DNA of 64,000 bases, from contig OZ024759.1 in NCBI GenBank assembly GCA_964016885.1, positions 29,388,001 to 29,452,000 of the forward strand. The letters are read 5' to 3'. Under the pieces are notes generated by a model. That model did no database searches. It had not been told where the DNA came from and was given only the letters and a program-made list of their open reading frames with translations. The stretch comes from Eledone cirrhosa. Lineage: Eukaryota. Position 1 is the stretch's first letter. Each line of letters opens with the position of its first letter. Shown here in pieces: positions 38,658-60,089 of this stretch. Made by a program: the position numbers and the translations under genes.

Positions 38658-38983
38658 GATTATGAATAAATGAAATGAATTACCTGTTTACTTGTACTTC
38701 ATTTATTATAATTATACTGTGGCGAAAACAAACTTGTGTACTTCGTTGAGTGCTCTACCCTGCATACTAAAATGTCAGTGATAAACTAAATTATATATAT
38801 ATGTATGTATGTGTGTGTGTGTATATATATATATATGCATATATGTGTGTATATATATATATATATATGTGTGTATGTATATATGTGTATATATATATAT
38901 GCGTGTATTTATATATATATGTATATATATATATGTATATGTATATACATATATGTATATATGTGTATATATATATATTTGTA

Positions 38984-39043
<60 letters not shown>

Positions 39044-39074
39044 GATGTGTGTGTATATATATATATATACACAC

Positions 39075-39520
39075 TTGGGGAGACCCAAGATGACTTGGGA
39101 TGAGGTGATAAAAGCCGACCTTACCCAACTACACCTCTCAAAGTCAATGACACACGACCGTGACTTCTGGCGTCACGCAGTAATACAGGGTACCCGACCT
39201 CCCATGGGTACATGCTGAAGCATATAAACAATATGCCCCCCCCCCCCACCGCAAGGTGGTCGTGGAGGTGCCACGGCAAAAAAGCACCCAGCCCACACTG
39301 TAAAGTGGACGTGTAGGCGCCACGAAAAAGCACCCAGCACTCACTGTAAATGAGGTTGGTGTTAGGAAGGGCATCCAGCTGTAGAAATCAAGCCAGATCA
39401 GTTCCTGTATGAGCAAGGCATGGTCAGCCGACCAGACACTGCCCACAACAGGACAACCCGTCTAACCCATGCTAGCGTGGAAGAACGGACGTAAAACGGT
39501 GATGATGATGATGATGATGA
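39075..39520 (+). mobile_element. RTE 3'-end copy
   Basis: [15 protein letters not shown]...; 3' UTR and (GAT)n tail as in 11215-11660. Confidence 0.9.
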
Positions 39521-39631
39521 TATATATATATATATTAAAATAACAGATTAAAGTTTAAGCAAAGAATTGCTGCTTCACCCATAACAGAATCTTCTGATAT
39601 ATAGATATATATACACATACATATATACACA

Positions 39632-40007
39632 TGAACGGCAAAGCATAAACAAATTGAGAGAGAGACTGAGCATAAGAGAAATCAAATGCTGTGTGTAGGA
39701 GAGGAGGTTGCGTTGGTATGGACATGTGATGCGTATGAAGGATAACAGCTGCATAAAAAGGTGGAGAGCACTAGAAGTCGATGGAAACCGCGGAGTGGGG
39801 AGACCAAAGAAGACCTGGGATGAGGTGATAAAAGCCAACCTTACCCAATTACACCTCTCAAAGGCGATGACACACAACCGTGACCTCTGGCATCACACAA
39901 TAATACAGAAGACACTACACCCCCCCGCCCCACGGGTACAAGCCAAAGCTGAAGCATATAGACAATATGGCCCCACACCCTCCCGCTGCAAAGTGGTCAT
40001 GGAGGTA

Positions 40008-40008
<1 letters not shown>
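39632..40008 (+). mobile_element. RTE C-terminal fragment
   Basis: RWYGHVMRMKDNSCIKR...GRPKKTWDEVIK. Confidence 0.9.
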
Positions 40009-40047
<39 letters not shown>

Positions 40048-40134
40048 GTAAAAGGGAAACAGAAATAACAACACAATCGGTACGGTATATGGAAGGTATA
40101 TATTAGGTTAACGCTTGATATAGCAGTAAGAGGG

Positions 40135-40170
40135 TTCTAACGTTTCGGACGGTAGTCCTTCATCAGAAGA
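40135..40170 (-). ncRNA. Minimal hammerhead ribozyme in TA-flanked element 40046-40185
   Basis: TCTT-CTGATGA-AGGAC TACC GTCC-GAAAC-GTT-AGAA; palindromic ACGT stem III; stem I weak. Confidence 0.65.
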
Positions 40171-40184
40171 AAGAATAAGAAATA

Positions 40185-40234
<50 letters not shown>

Positions 40235-40309
40235 TTTATAGTTGAAACAGTAAACAAAAAAACAACGTGGAAACGAAGAGGCAGTACAAAATGTTAACAT
40301 TAGTTTCAT

Positions 40310-42357
<2,048 letters not shown>

Positions 42358-42359
42358 AA

Positions 42360-43135
42360 AATAACTTTGAATAACTTTGAAATGTTTTGGCCAGTATTGG
42401 CCCAGGCCATGTCTAACTTAATAGCACCACCTGGCGAAGTCTTTCAATTCAGGATTTGGGCACCATGGCCCATTCGAGAAGAGAATTACTGTTTGCGGAG
42501 ACATATCCGGGTGTGGGTGGTTTGTCCGGGATTACTTGGAGGAATTTGTCCAAAGACTTCTTGAATTTTGTGTGGTCAGTTTCTGTTTTGACGTGTCCTG
42601 GTGTGATGTTGAAGAGAGCAGGGCCGATTGAGGTGAAATAATTGTGCCGTATTGTTGTTATGAGTTGCGATTTAGATTTTTGAATGGGACGGATAGCACG
42701 GGACCCAAGCCTTGGGTGTATCTTGAAGGCGATGCCAACATCATTTGGGCAGTGATGATGGAACATTTTCCACATCATGCAGATAATATAACGCTCACGG
42801 CGACGTTGGAGTGAGTAAAGTTTCAGGTTTTCTAATCGACCCCAGTAGTCAAGGTCTGACATGCCATCTATCTTTTTCGTGATTGCCCTTTGAGGAGCTT
42901 CAAGTTTCATGATACTTTGTTTCGTGTGGGGAGACCACAGTGGACAACAGTATTCAAGGTGTGGTCAGGCGAAAGTAGAGAAGAGAAGGATAATGGTGCG
43001 GGAATCTCTCGACTGGAAGGTTCTGAGGATCCAGGGGAACACATTCTGCGGGCCATGTCAACTTTGCTGCTTATATGGGTGGTCCAGCTTATGTTGCTGT
43101 CCACGGTTACTCCCAAGTCTCTGATGTTGTTAGAT
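42360..43135 (-). mobile_element. CR1/L2-like LINE 3' fragment
   Basis: [15 protein letters not shown]...[36 protein letters not shown]...FKKSLDKFL; frameshifted. Confidence 0.85.
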
Positions 43136-44965
<1,830 letters not shown>

Positions 44966-45419
44966 CAAAGGGTAAAGGAGCTCTTAAGAGTCAATGCCAT
45001 CCAAAATCACCGGGAGAGATGACCCCTTAGCCTTTGTCAAGGCAGAATTCTAGGAGAAGGAAAACTCTGATATAACACCTGCAACCCTGATGGTATCCAA
45101 TGATGTTGAATTGTTCTTCTTTTTGGTAAATATCATCTTGGTTAAGAGAGTGGGACTGGCTTTGTGCAGTGCCTTTGCTCACTATAAAAGCTTCACAGCA
45201 CAGGCATTGCTTTATATCTGGAGATCTCTCTGCACTTGTCGTCACATGGTACCATGGGCCCAGCACTATGTGTCAATAATTGTCACAAGTGTAGTGTTTG
45301 TACCAGAGTTTTCAGTCGCTGGCTGGACTAAAAAGTCACATTCGTTCAGCGCATTGTAGAGGTTCTCCTACATGGATATAAAGTAGTGGCCGTACTCGAA
45401 AACGAGTTGGCAGCCACCA

Positions 45420-49314
<3,895 letters not shown>

Positions 49315-49852
49315 CACGTCCACTTTGCAGTGGAATGATAGGGACCCCGGTCCCTATCATCTCATTTCTACAGCTGAGTAAACTGGAGCAATGTGAAATA
49401 AAGTGTCTTGCTCAAGGAAACAACACATCACCCGGTCTGAGAATTGAACTCACAACCTTTCGATTGCAAGGCCAATGCTTTTACCACTAAGCCATGTGCC
49501 TCCATATATATATGTATATATATATATACATATTTATATAAGCATTGGCCTTGCAATCGAAAGGTTGTGAGTTCAATTCTCAGACCGGGTGATGTGTTGT
49601 TTCCTTGAGCAAGACACTTTATTTCACATTGCTCCAGTTTACTCAGCTGTAGAAATGAGATGATAGGGACTTGTGTCCCTATCATTCCACTGCAAAGTGG
49701 ACGTGGAGGTGCCACGGCAAAAAAGCACCCAGCACTCACTGTAAATGAGGTTGGTGTTAGGAAGGGCATCCAGCTGTAGAAATCTAGCCAGAATCAGTTC
49801 CCGTCCCACCCTTGCAAGCAGGGAAAAAGCGGACGTAAAATGATGATGATGA
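49315..49852. mobile_element. Head-to-head inverted pair of composite SINEs (166-bp arms)
   Basis: 49315-49480 vs 49540-49705 reverse complements around a spacer of SINE head and TA. Confidence 0.88.
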
Positions 49853-49854
49853 TA

Positions 49855-51413
<1,559 letters not shown>

Positions 51414-52089
51414 AACATCAGTTCCCGTCCCACTCTTGCAAGCAGGGAAAAGCAGACGTAAAATGATGATGATCTATCAATCAACACATATATATATGAC
51501 TTGGTTATCTTAGGGAACATTGGAGTGCATATGAGAACTACATTTGTTCAATCTGCCATGTTGTAACATGGCACCCTTAACTACACAAACCATACCTGAT
51601 ATGTTAAAGATTTTGATTACATGTCTTCAACTCCATACCAAGGTTTACTCTTTTATGTGTTCCAGCCGATTGGCTTAGGCCATACTGGAACACCGGTTGA
51701 GGTTGTTTGAAGCATAACACTGGGATTTTGCTCCTTTATATTAGTGGACACTTACCAAGAGGCTCACTGAGACGAAAAAACTATATATTTTCCTCTGTTT
51801 TCAAAGTCCGGCAGTTGCAAGAGCTGGAGAGATCATCCTGATGGGAATCAGTCAAGTTTAAAATTTATCAACGATTGTCCCCCTAGCTTTTGCCGAGCAC
51901 TGCTGTGTGGGGTTAGCTGCCAGTGCCTTTCATAGCTATGGCATTTTAAATGTTTATTTATAAACATATCGTATTTCTTTAGAAATACGAAATTCAAATA
52001 CATATTTGTATCCAGCTATGTTCGAAGCTAAATTCTAAATCTATTATATATATGCTGAACATTAATCAGTATACATTGAGGATGAAGAA

Positions 52090-52310
52090 CTCATAGTTAT
52101 ACGGGAGCCTTCCAAAAATCAGCTCGGGATTGTCACAGAGGAGACTGATGTTAGCTGGACATGCTCACCGACATTCAGAGTTGACACTCCAATCAGTGGT
52201 TCTGTGGGAGCCCCTACACGGACACACTAGAAGAGGGAGAGCGAGGATGACATATATTTATGCCCTAAGGACAGTCACTGGTGGTGATGATGAAGGAGAG
52301 ACTCGGCCAT
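52090..52310 (+). mobile_element. RTE-clade C-terminal remnant
   Basis: QRRLMLAGHAHRH...VVLWEPLHGHTRRGRARMTYI..L..VTG. Confidence 0.7.
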
Positions 52311-52676
52311 GGATCTTGAGAATTTTATCCGCCCTAGATTAGATATATTAAGAATGTCAGTCTTTTTATCTTTTTATATATAGTTAACACTCATGAGATG
52401 TAACACAGGTCATGATAAGCAGGCTGGTAATAATAATAATTGTTTCTACATTTGGCACAAGGCCAGCAATTATACCAGTGCATTACTGGTACTTTATTTG
52501 ATCGACCCCATAAGGATGAAAGGCAAAGTTAACCTCGGCGGGATTTGAACTCAGAATGGCAAGGGTCGTAACTCTATACGTCAAAGCATGGCGTCCGACC
52601 CTCTACCGATACTGCCACTCCTCCGCTGGTAATAATAATAATAACAGTAATGGGTATGTCTGTTTGTGTGTGAGTG

Positions 52677-52708
<32 letters not shown>

Positions 52709-52749
52709 CGATATTAACAAATGGAAACGATATTTATAAAACCATATTT

Positions 52750-52812
52750 ATTTCATTATACATATTTCAAGGACACCAAGTTAAATTATGGTGTGCTTTC
52801 ATCAGATAAAAT
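52750..52812 (-). ncRNA. Type I hammerhead ribozyme (family C copy 52707-52889)
   Basis: ATTTTAT-CTGATGA-AAGCACACCA..TGGTGTCCTT-GAAA-TATGTA-TA-ATGAAAT. Confidence 0.8.
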
Positions 52813-52915
52813 ATAATATAGACCAGTTTTATAAATAAATACTGACATACCCTTAAAGAATGCAACCATTACTGTTGGAAGCTCCCAGATATATATATAT
52901 TTATGTTTATGTTGG

Positions 52916-52952
<37 letters not shown>

Positions 52953-52971
52953 ATAGAAATATGCTTGTTGG

Positions 52972-53006
<35 letters not shown>

Positions 53007-53025
53007 ATATAGAAATATGCTTGTT

Positions 53026-53070
<45 letters not shown>

Positions 53071-53122
53071 ATATAGAAATATGCTTGTTGGTATATATAT
53101 GAGGGATCAGATGTTGTTTACT

Positions 53123-53738
53123 CGAGAGAAGGCTACGTTGGTATGGTCACGTAATGCGCATGAAAGACGACAGCTGTATAAAAAAGTGCAGGGCAATAAA
53201 GATAGACGGTAGCCACGGAGTTGGCAGACCCAGAAAAACCTGGGACGACCTGATAAACTCCGACCTCACACACTTACACCTCTCCAAGACAATGTCACTG
53301 GACCGAGATCTTTGGCGGCACTCAGTAATAGAGAAGACACGCCTTACCTAAATACTAAGTAAAACCTACTACAGCCAGTAGGCATCTCTAACAAAATACA
53401 CCCCCATCCCACCACCCCCACCTCATCCACACTGCCCCTTTCAATGTAAAGTTATGTTGGTACCACAACATCCAGTCCAAAACAAATGAGGTCGTGTAGG
53501 TGTCACGACAAAAAAACACACAGTCCACGCTGTAATGTGGCCGTGTAGGCAACACGGTAAAAACCTCCCAGTCCCACACTGTAAATGTGGTTGGTGTTAG
53601 GAAGGGCATCCAGCTGTAGAAAACCCGCCAGGCAGTCCTATGCGAGCAAGACAACCACTCTTGCCTTAAGTGGGAAAACCCCCGTCCAAACCCATGCAAG
53701 TGTGGAATATGGATGTTAAACGATGATGATGATGATGA
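53123..53738 (+). mobile_element. RTE 3' end, second subfamily
   Basis: RLRWYGHVMRMKDDSCIKKC...GRPRKTW...DRDLWR; (GAT)n tail. Confidence 0.88.
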
Positions 53739-54051
53739 TATACAAACATATATCTTTGTATTTATATATATGTTAGTATATATATATGTGTGTATATATA
53801 TATGTATTATATATGTATATATATGTGTGTGTGTGTATATATATATATATACAAACATATATGTTTGTATTTATATATGTTAGTATATATATATGTGTGT
53901 ATATGTATGTGTGTATATGTATGTGTGTATTATATATGTATATATATATGTGTGTATATATATATACAAACATATATGTTTGTATTTATATATATATTAG
54001 TACATATATATGTGTATATATATGTGTGTATATATATGTGTATTATATATG

Positions 54052-54082
<31 letters not shown>

Positions 54083-54403
54083 ATATATAAATATATACAC
54101 AAATATATCTGTATATACATACACATAATATATAAAATTGCATATAAAAACTTTATATATATATTATATATTCTATTATTTATATTTTATGTGTTTCTGT
54201 TTAATATTACAAATCTGAAATATGACAACATTCTTATTTATATCCTGTTGGGGAGGGAGAGTGAGTTGAGGGGGAGGGGAGGTGAGAGAGGTGGCGGACA
54301 GAAAAGAGAGGAGGAGGGGAGGAATGTGAGAAGTGCTGTGTGAGGGATGGAGATGTAGTGAAAGAGAGAGAGATGGTGGTAATTTGCGGGTGAGAGGGGG
54401 ATA

Positions 54404-56832
54404 GATGGTGGTAGAGGTGATGGGTAGAGTGGGGAAGAAAAGAGAGATGCAGTGGTGTGTCTAAGAGAGAGATGGTGGTAGAGGTGATGGGTAGAGTGGG
54501 GAAGAAAAGAGAGATCCAGTGGTGTGTGTAAGAGAGAGATGGTGGTAGAGGTGATGGGTAGAGTGGGGAAGAAAAGAGAAATCCAGTGGTGTGTGTAAGA
54601 GAGAGATGGTGGTAGAGGTGATGGGTAGAGTGGGGAAGAAAAGAGAGATGCAGTGGTGTGTGTAAGAGAGAGATGGTGGTAGTGGTGATGGGTAGAGTGG
54701 GGAAGAAAAGAGAAATCCAGTGGTGTGTGTAAGAGAGAGATGGTGGTAGAGGTGATGGGTAGAGTGGGGAAGAAAAGAGAGATGCAGTGGTGTGTGTAAG
54801 AGAGAGATGGTGGTAGAGGTGATGGGTAGAGTGGGGAAGAAAAGAGAGATGCAGTGGTGTGTCTAAGAGAGAGATGGTGGTAGAGGTGATGGGTAGAGTG
54901 GGGAAGAAAAGAGAAATCCAGTGGTGTGTGTAAGAGAGAGATGGTGGTAGAGGTGATGGGTAGAGTGGGGAAGAAAAGAGAGATCCAGTGGTGTGCCTAA
55001 GAGAGAGATGGTGGTAGAGGTGATGGGTAGAGTGGGGAAGAAAAGAGAAATCCAGTGGTGTGTGTAAGAGAGAGATGGTGGTAGAGGTGATGGGTAGAGT
55101 GGGGAAGAAAAGAGAGATGCAGTGGTGTATGTAAGAGAGAGATGGTGGTAGAGGTGATGGGTAGAGTGGGGAAGAAAAGAGAAATCCAGTGGTGTGTGTA
55201 AGAGAGAGATGGTGGTAGAGGTGATGGGTAGAGTGGGGAAGAAAAGAGAAATCCAGTGGTGTGTGTAAGTGAGAGATGGTGGTAGAGGTGATGGGTAGAG
55301 TGGGGAAGAAAAGAGAAATCCAGTGGTGTGTGTAAGAGAGAGATGGTGGTAGAGGTGATGGGTAGAGTGGGGAAGAAAAGAGAGATGCAGTGGTGTGTGT
55401 AAGAGAGAGATGGTGGTAGAGGTGATGGGTAGAGTGGGGAAGAAAAGAGAAATCCAGTGGTGTGTGTAAGAGAGAGATGGTGGTAGAGGTGATGGGTAGA
55501 GTGGGGAAGAAAAGAGAAATCCAGTGGTGTGTGTAAGAGAGAGATGGTGGTAGAGGTGATGGGTAGAGTGGGGAAGAAAAGAGAAATCCAGTGGTGTGTG
55601 TAAGAGAGAGATGGTGGTAGAGGTGATGGGTAGAGTGGGGAAGAAAAGAGAAATCCAGTGGTGTGTGTAAGAGAGAGATGGTGGTAGAGGTGATGGGTAG
55701 AGTGGGGAAGAAAAGAGAGATGCAGTGGTGTGTGTAAGAGAGAGATGGTGGTAGAGGTGATGGGTAGAGTGGGGAAGAAAAGAGAAATCCAGTGGTGTGT
55801 GTAAGAGAGAGATGGTGGTAGAGGTGATGGGTAGAGTGGGGAAGAAAAGAGAGATGCAGTGGTGTGTCTAAGAGAGAGATGGTGGTAGAGGTGATGGGTA
55901 GAGTGGGGAAGAAAAGAGAGATGCAGTGGTGTGTCTAAGAGAGAGATGGTGGTAGAGGTGATGGGTAGAGTGGGGAAGAAAAGAGAGATGCAGTGGTGTG
56001 TCTAAGAGAGAGATGGTGGTAGAGGTGATGGGTAGAGTGGGGAAGAAAAGAGAGATGCAGTGGTGTGTCTAAGAGAGAGATGGTGGTAGTGGTGATGGGT
56101 AGAGTGGGGAAGAAAAGAGAGATCCAGTGGTGTGTGTAAGAGAGAGATGGTGGTAGAGGTGATGGGTAGAGTGGGGAAGAAAAGAGAGATGCAGTGGTGT
56201 GTCTAAGAGAGAGATGGTGGTAGAGGTGATGGGTAGAGTGGGGAAGAAAAGAGAAATCCAGTGGTGTGTGTAAGAGAGAGATGGTGGTAGAGGTGATGGG
56301 TAGAGTGGGGAAGAAAAGAGAGATGCAGTGGTGTGTGTAAGAGAGAGATGGTGGTAGAGGTGATGGGTAGAGTGGGGAAGAAAAGAGAGATGCAGTGGTG
56401 TGTCTAAGAGAGAGATGGTGGTAGAGGTGATGGGTAGAGTGGGGAAGAAAAGAGAGATGCAGTGGTGTGTCTAAGAGAGAGATGGTGGTAGAGGTGATGG
56501 GTAGAGTGGGGAAGAAAAGAGAGATGCAGTGGTGTGTCTAAGAGAGAGATGGTGGTAGAGGTGATGGGTAGAGTGGGGAAGAAAAGAGAGATGCAGTGGT
56601 GTGTCTAAGAGAGAGATGGTGGTAGAGGTGATGGGTAGAGTGGGGAAGAAAAGAGAGATGCAGTGGTGTGTGTAAGAGAGAGATGGTGGTAGAGGTGATG
56701 GGTAGAGTGGGGAAGAAAAGAGAAATCCAGTGGTGTGTGTAAGAGAGAGATGGTGGTAGAGGTGATGGGTAGAGTGGGGAAGAAAAGAGAAATCCAGTGG
56801 TGTGTGTAAGAGAGAGATGGTGGTAGTGGTGG
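54404..56832. repeat. 67-bp purine-rich minisatellite, ~36 copies
   Basis: gatggtggtagaggtgatgggtagagtggggaagaaaagagaRatScagtggtgtgtStaagagaga; period 67. Confidence 0.95.
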
Positions 56833-58515
56833 TGAGGAAAAGTCATGTTTCTGGTTTTTGAGATAAACTAGGAAAGAAAAATGTTTTTTTCTTTTGTTAA
56901 AGGAAACAGAAATAAGAACAAAACTTATTTCTTTCATCAGCATTGTATGTGCTAGAAATAGTCACGAAATTCCCCTCAGACCACTTACACTGCCTTAAAA
57001 TAGAAAAAGGAAATATTTGATAATCATGATCATTTTACGTCCGCTTTTCCCTGCTTGCAAGGGTTGGATGGATCCTATTCAGCACAGCATCTCTCCACTT
57101 GTCATTTACTCTGCTCTCACCACCTCCGCCCATGTTTTACGTGGTCTACCTCTTCTGCGTCTTCCTTCTACTGGGATTTCTTGGCACTTCTTTACCCAGT
57201 GGTCATGTAGTTATTTATATGTAGGTGTGTATGGTGTTGGAGAGGAATTGACTCTACTAGGATTAAAATGGCCAAGAAATGCTGTATGTCACTATAGCAG
57301 CCCTATGACTTCATCAGGCATCACATGAACGTACATGTAGTGTCAGAACTCCTGATACAATTGTAGGTACACCGTAGTGACTTATGGTGTGTCTTGAGCA
57401 TCTAAAAACAGACACAGCCCATCTCCCTTACATGTCTGAACAGAACTGATTCCTTCCAGACAAGGGGTGAGTGGGTGAGAGAGAGAGAGAAGGGGACAAA
57501 ATACTGTGTGATTCTCCAATAATTCTACCAGTCCCTCTAGTCCATTAATACCAATAATAACAAGAATATGAGAAATAAGGTGTCAACATTGGAGACGCTA
57601 CAAACTGCTAGAAACAGCGGTCAGATTTCCACCAAACCATACCAGTGACTTCTTAACCCTTTAGCATTTACATTACTCTATATTTACTATTATATTTTCT
57701 CAGTAAACACTTTATCTCACATAATATCGAATGTATGAGATTTTGATATTATTTATTTTGAGAACAATACCTTAACATCACTATGAGTAGCTGGTTACAA
57801 CCGTAGGTGTCATGACAAAAAGACACACAGTCCATGCTGTAATGTGGCCGTGTAGGTAACACAGTATAAGGTTCCCAGTTCCACACTGTAAATGTGGTTG
57901 GTGTTAGGAAGGGCATCCAGCCGTAGAAAACCTGCCAGATAGTCCTATATGAGCGAGACATACTCACCCGACCAACCTAGCCTCAAGTGGGTCTACTCCC
58001 GTCTAACCCATGCTAGCGTGGAAGATGGACGTTAAATGAAGATGATGATGATGATGATGATATATAGATAAACATGCAAAATCTTTTAAAATTTTACATT
58101 AGTCTCAATATTTGGCGTAGAGAAGATGTGGAAATATTGTCAACTTCCTTCTTTCGATGTTCATTTATATATATATAGATATATGTACTAATGTCTGTTT
58201 GTATTTATATAGCTGTTAATATATATATGTGTGTTGTGTACGTGCGTATATTCATAATGGAAAATCGCTCATATAGAATAGCTGTGTTTAGGATAACAGA
58301 GGCTAGGAAATCGCAATTTCTAACCAACCCACCACCCTATATCTATCACCTTCAGGTATGCATGCCTGGCGCTGTACGCTAAAAACACATGCACATAGCA
58401 CATTAAACCAAGTTCCTCTCAGCGCAGACACGGGGCGGACGGCGGCGCCGTAGCATAGGCAACCTGTCTAAGAGAGCTAGAATAAATTGGTGCGGGCTAG
58501 AGGAGCCCTCTAAGT

Positions 58516-59377
58516 CCAGTAAGACAACTTCCCTAGTGCTGGTGGCACGAATAAAAGCACCCAGTCCATGCTGTAAAATGGAGGGGTGGAGAGGGCCTCG
58601 GAGCCCAGTAAGACAACTCTCTAGTGCTGGTGGCACGAATAAAAGCACCCAGTCCATGCTGTAAAATGGAGGAGTAGAGAGGGCCTCGGAGCCCAGTAAG
58701 ACAACCTCTCTAGTGCTGGTGGCACGAATAAAAGCACCCAGTCCATGCTGTAAAATGGAGGGGTGGAGAGGGCCTCGGAGCCCAGTAAGACAACTTCCCT
58801 AGTGCTGGTGGCACGAATAAAAGCACCCAGTCCATGCTGTAAAATGGAGGGGTAGAGAGGGCCTCGGAGCCCAGTAAGACAACCTCTCTAGTGCTGGTGG
58901 CACGAATAAAAGCACCCAGTCCATGCTGTAAAATGGAGGGGTAGAGAGGGCCTCGGAGCCCAGTAAGACAACCTCTCTAGTGCTGGTGGCACGAATAAAA
59001 GCACCCAGTCCATGCTGTAAAATGGAGGGGTGGAGAGGGCCTCGGAGCCCAGTAAGACAACTTCCCTAGTGCTGGTGGCACGAATAAAAGCACCCAGTCC
59101 ATGCTGTAAAATGGAGGGGTAGAGAGGGCCTCGGAGCCCAGTAAGACAACCTCTCTAGTGCTGGTGGCACGAATAAAAGCACCCAGTCCATGCTGTAAAA
59201 TGGAGGGGTAGAGAGGGCCTCGGAGCCCAGTAAGACAACCTCTCTAGTGCTGGTGACACGAATAAAAGCACCCAGTCCATGCTGTAAAATGGAGGAGTGG
59301 AGGGCCTCGGAGCCCAGTAAGACAACTTCTCTAGTGCTGGTGGCACGAATAAAAGCACCCAGTCCATGCTGTAAAAT
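58516..59377. repeat. 89-bp minisatellite, ~9.7 copies, related to the RTE/SINE 3' UTR sub-repeat
   Basis: cagtaagac at 58517, 58606 and onward; contains gtgctggtggcacgaataaaagcacccagtccatgctgtaaa. Confidence 0.92.
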
Positions 59378-59544
59378 CGTCATCAATCAATCGTACATAT
59401 ATAAAAGAGAAGGTTATGGTTGAAATATTTGTATCATATTCCTGCAAGATCAAGTTTACCCTAGGGATTAAAAACAACAATTTTTCTCATTCTTTTTTCA
59501 AAAAACTTATTTTATTTTATTATGTACATAGCATAGATTCTTAT

Positions 59545-59646
59545 TCACACCTCATCTCCAGTTAATAACATGTTGGGGATTCCATTCTTTATGGGAAACT
59601 TCTTGTCAGTCTCTGGACATATCAATTCTCCTTCTTCAACTTCAAT
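59545..59646 (-). CDS. TRMT112: TRMT112 exon 4 (last)
   Basis: ttcccag acceptor; [33 protein letters not shown]; AATAAA on the minus strand at 59511-59516. Confidence 0.95.
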   Translation of the reverse strand: MEVEEGELICPETDKKFPIKNGIPNMLLTGDEV

Positions 59647-59733
59647 CTGGGAATGGAAGAACAGAGAAAAGGTGAAAGTGGTATGCGAGAGAGATAGAAA
59701 GCTCACATTTGATATTTTTAATTTTGATCCACA

Positions 59734-60065
59734 TGGAGGCACATGGCTTACTGGTTAGAGCATTGGCCTTGCAATCGAAAGGTTGTGAGTTCAATTCTCA
59801 GACCGGGTGATGTGTTGTTTCCTTGAGCAAGACACTTTATTTCACATTGCTCCAGTTTTCTCAGCTGTAGAAATGAGATGATAGGGACTGGGGTCCCTAT
59901 CATTCCACTGCAAAGTGGTCGTGGAGGTGCCACGCCCAAAAAAAGCACCCAGCACTCACTGTAAATGAGGTTGGTGTTAGGAAGGGCATCCAGCTGTAGA
60001 AATCAAGCCAAAATCAGTTCCCGTCCCACCCTTGCAAGCAGGGAAAAAGCGGACGTAAAATGAAA
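59734..60065 (+). mobile_element. Full-length composite SINE in TRMT112 intron 3
   Basis: tRNA head (box A/B), core, RTE-like tail. Confidence 0.8.
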
Positions 60066-60089
60066 TGAATGTATCTATCTATCTATATA

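Noticed and set aside
54404-59377. CRISPR-like periodic arrays
   Set aside because: Units are contiguous with no unique spacers, there are no cas genes, and the context is eukaryotic.
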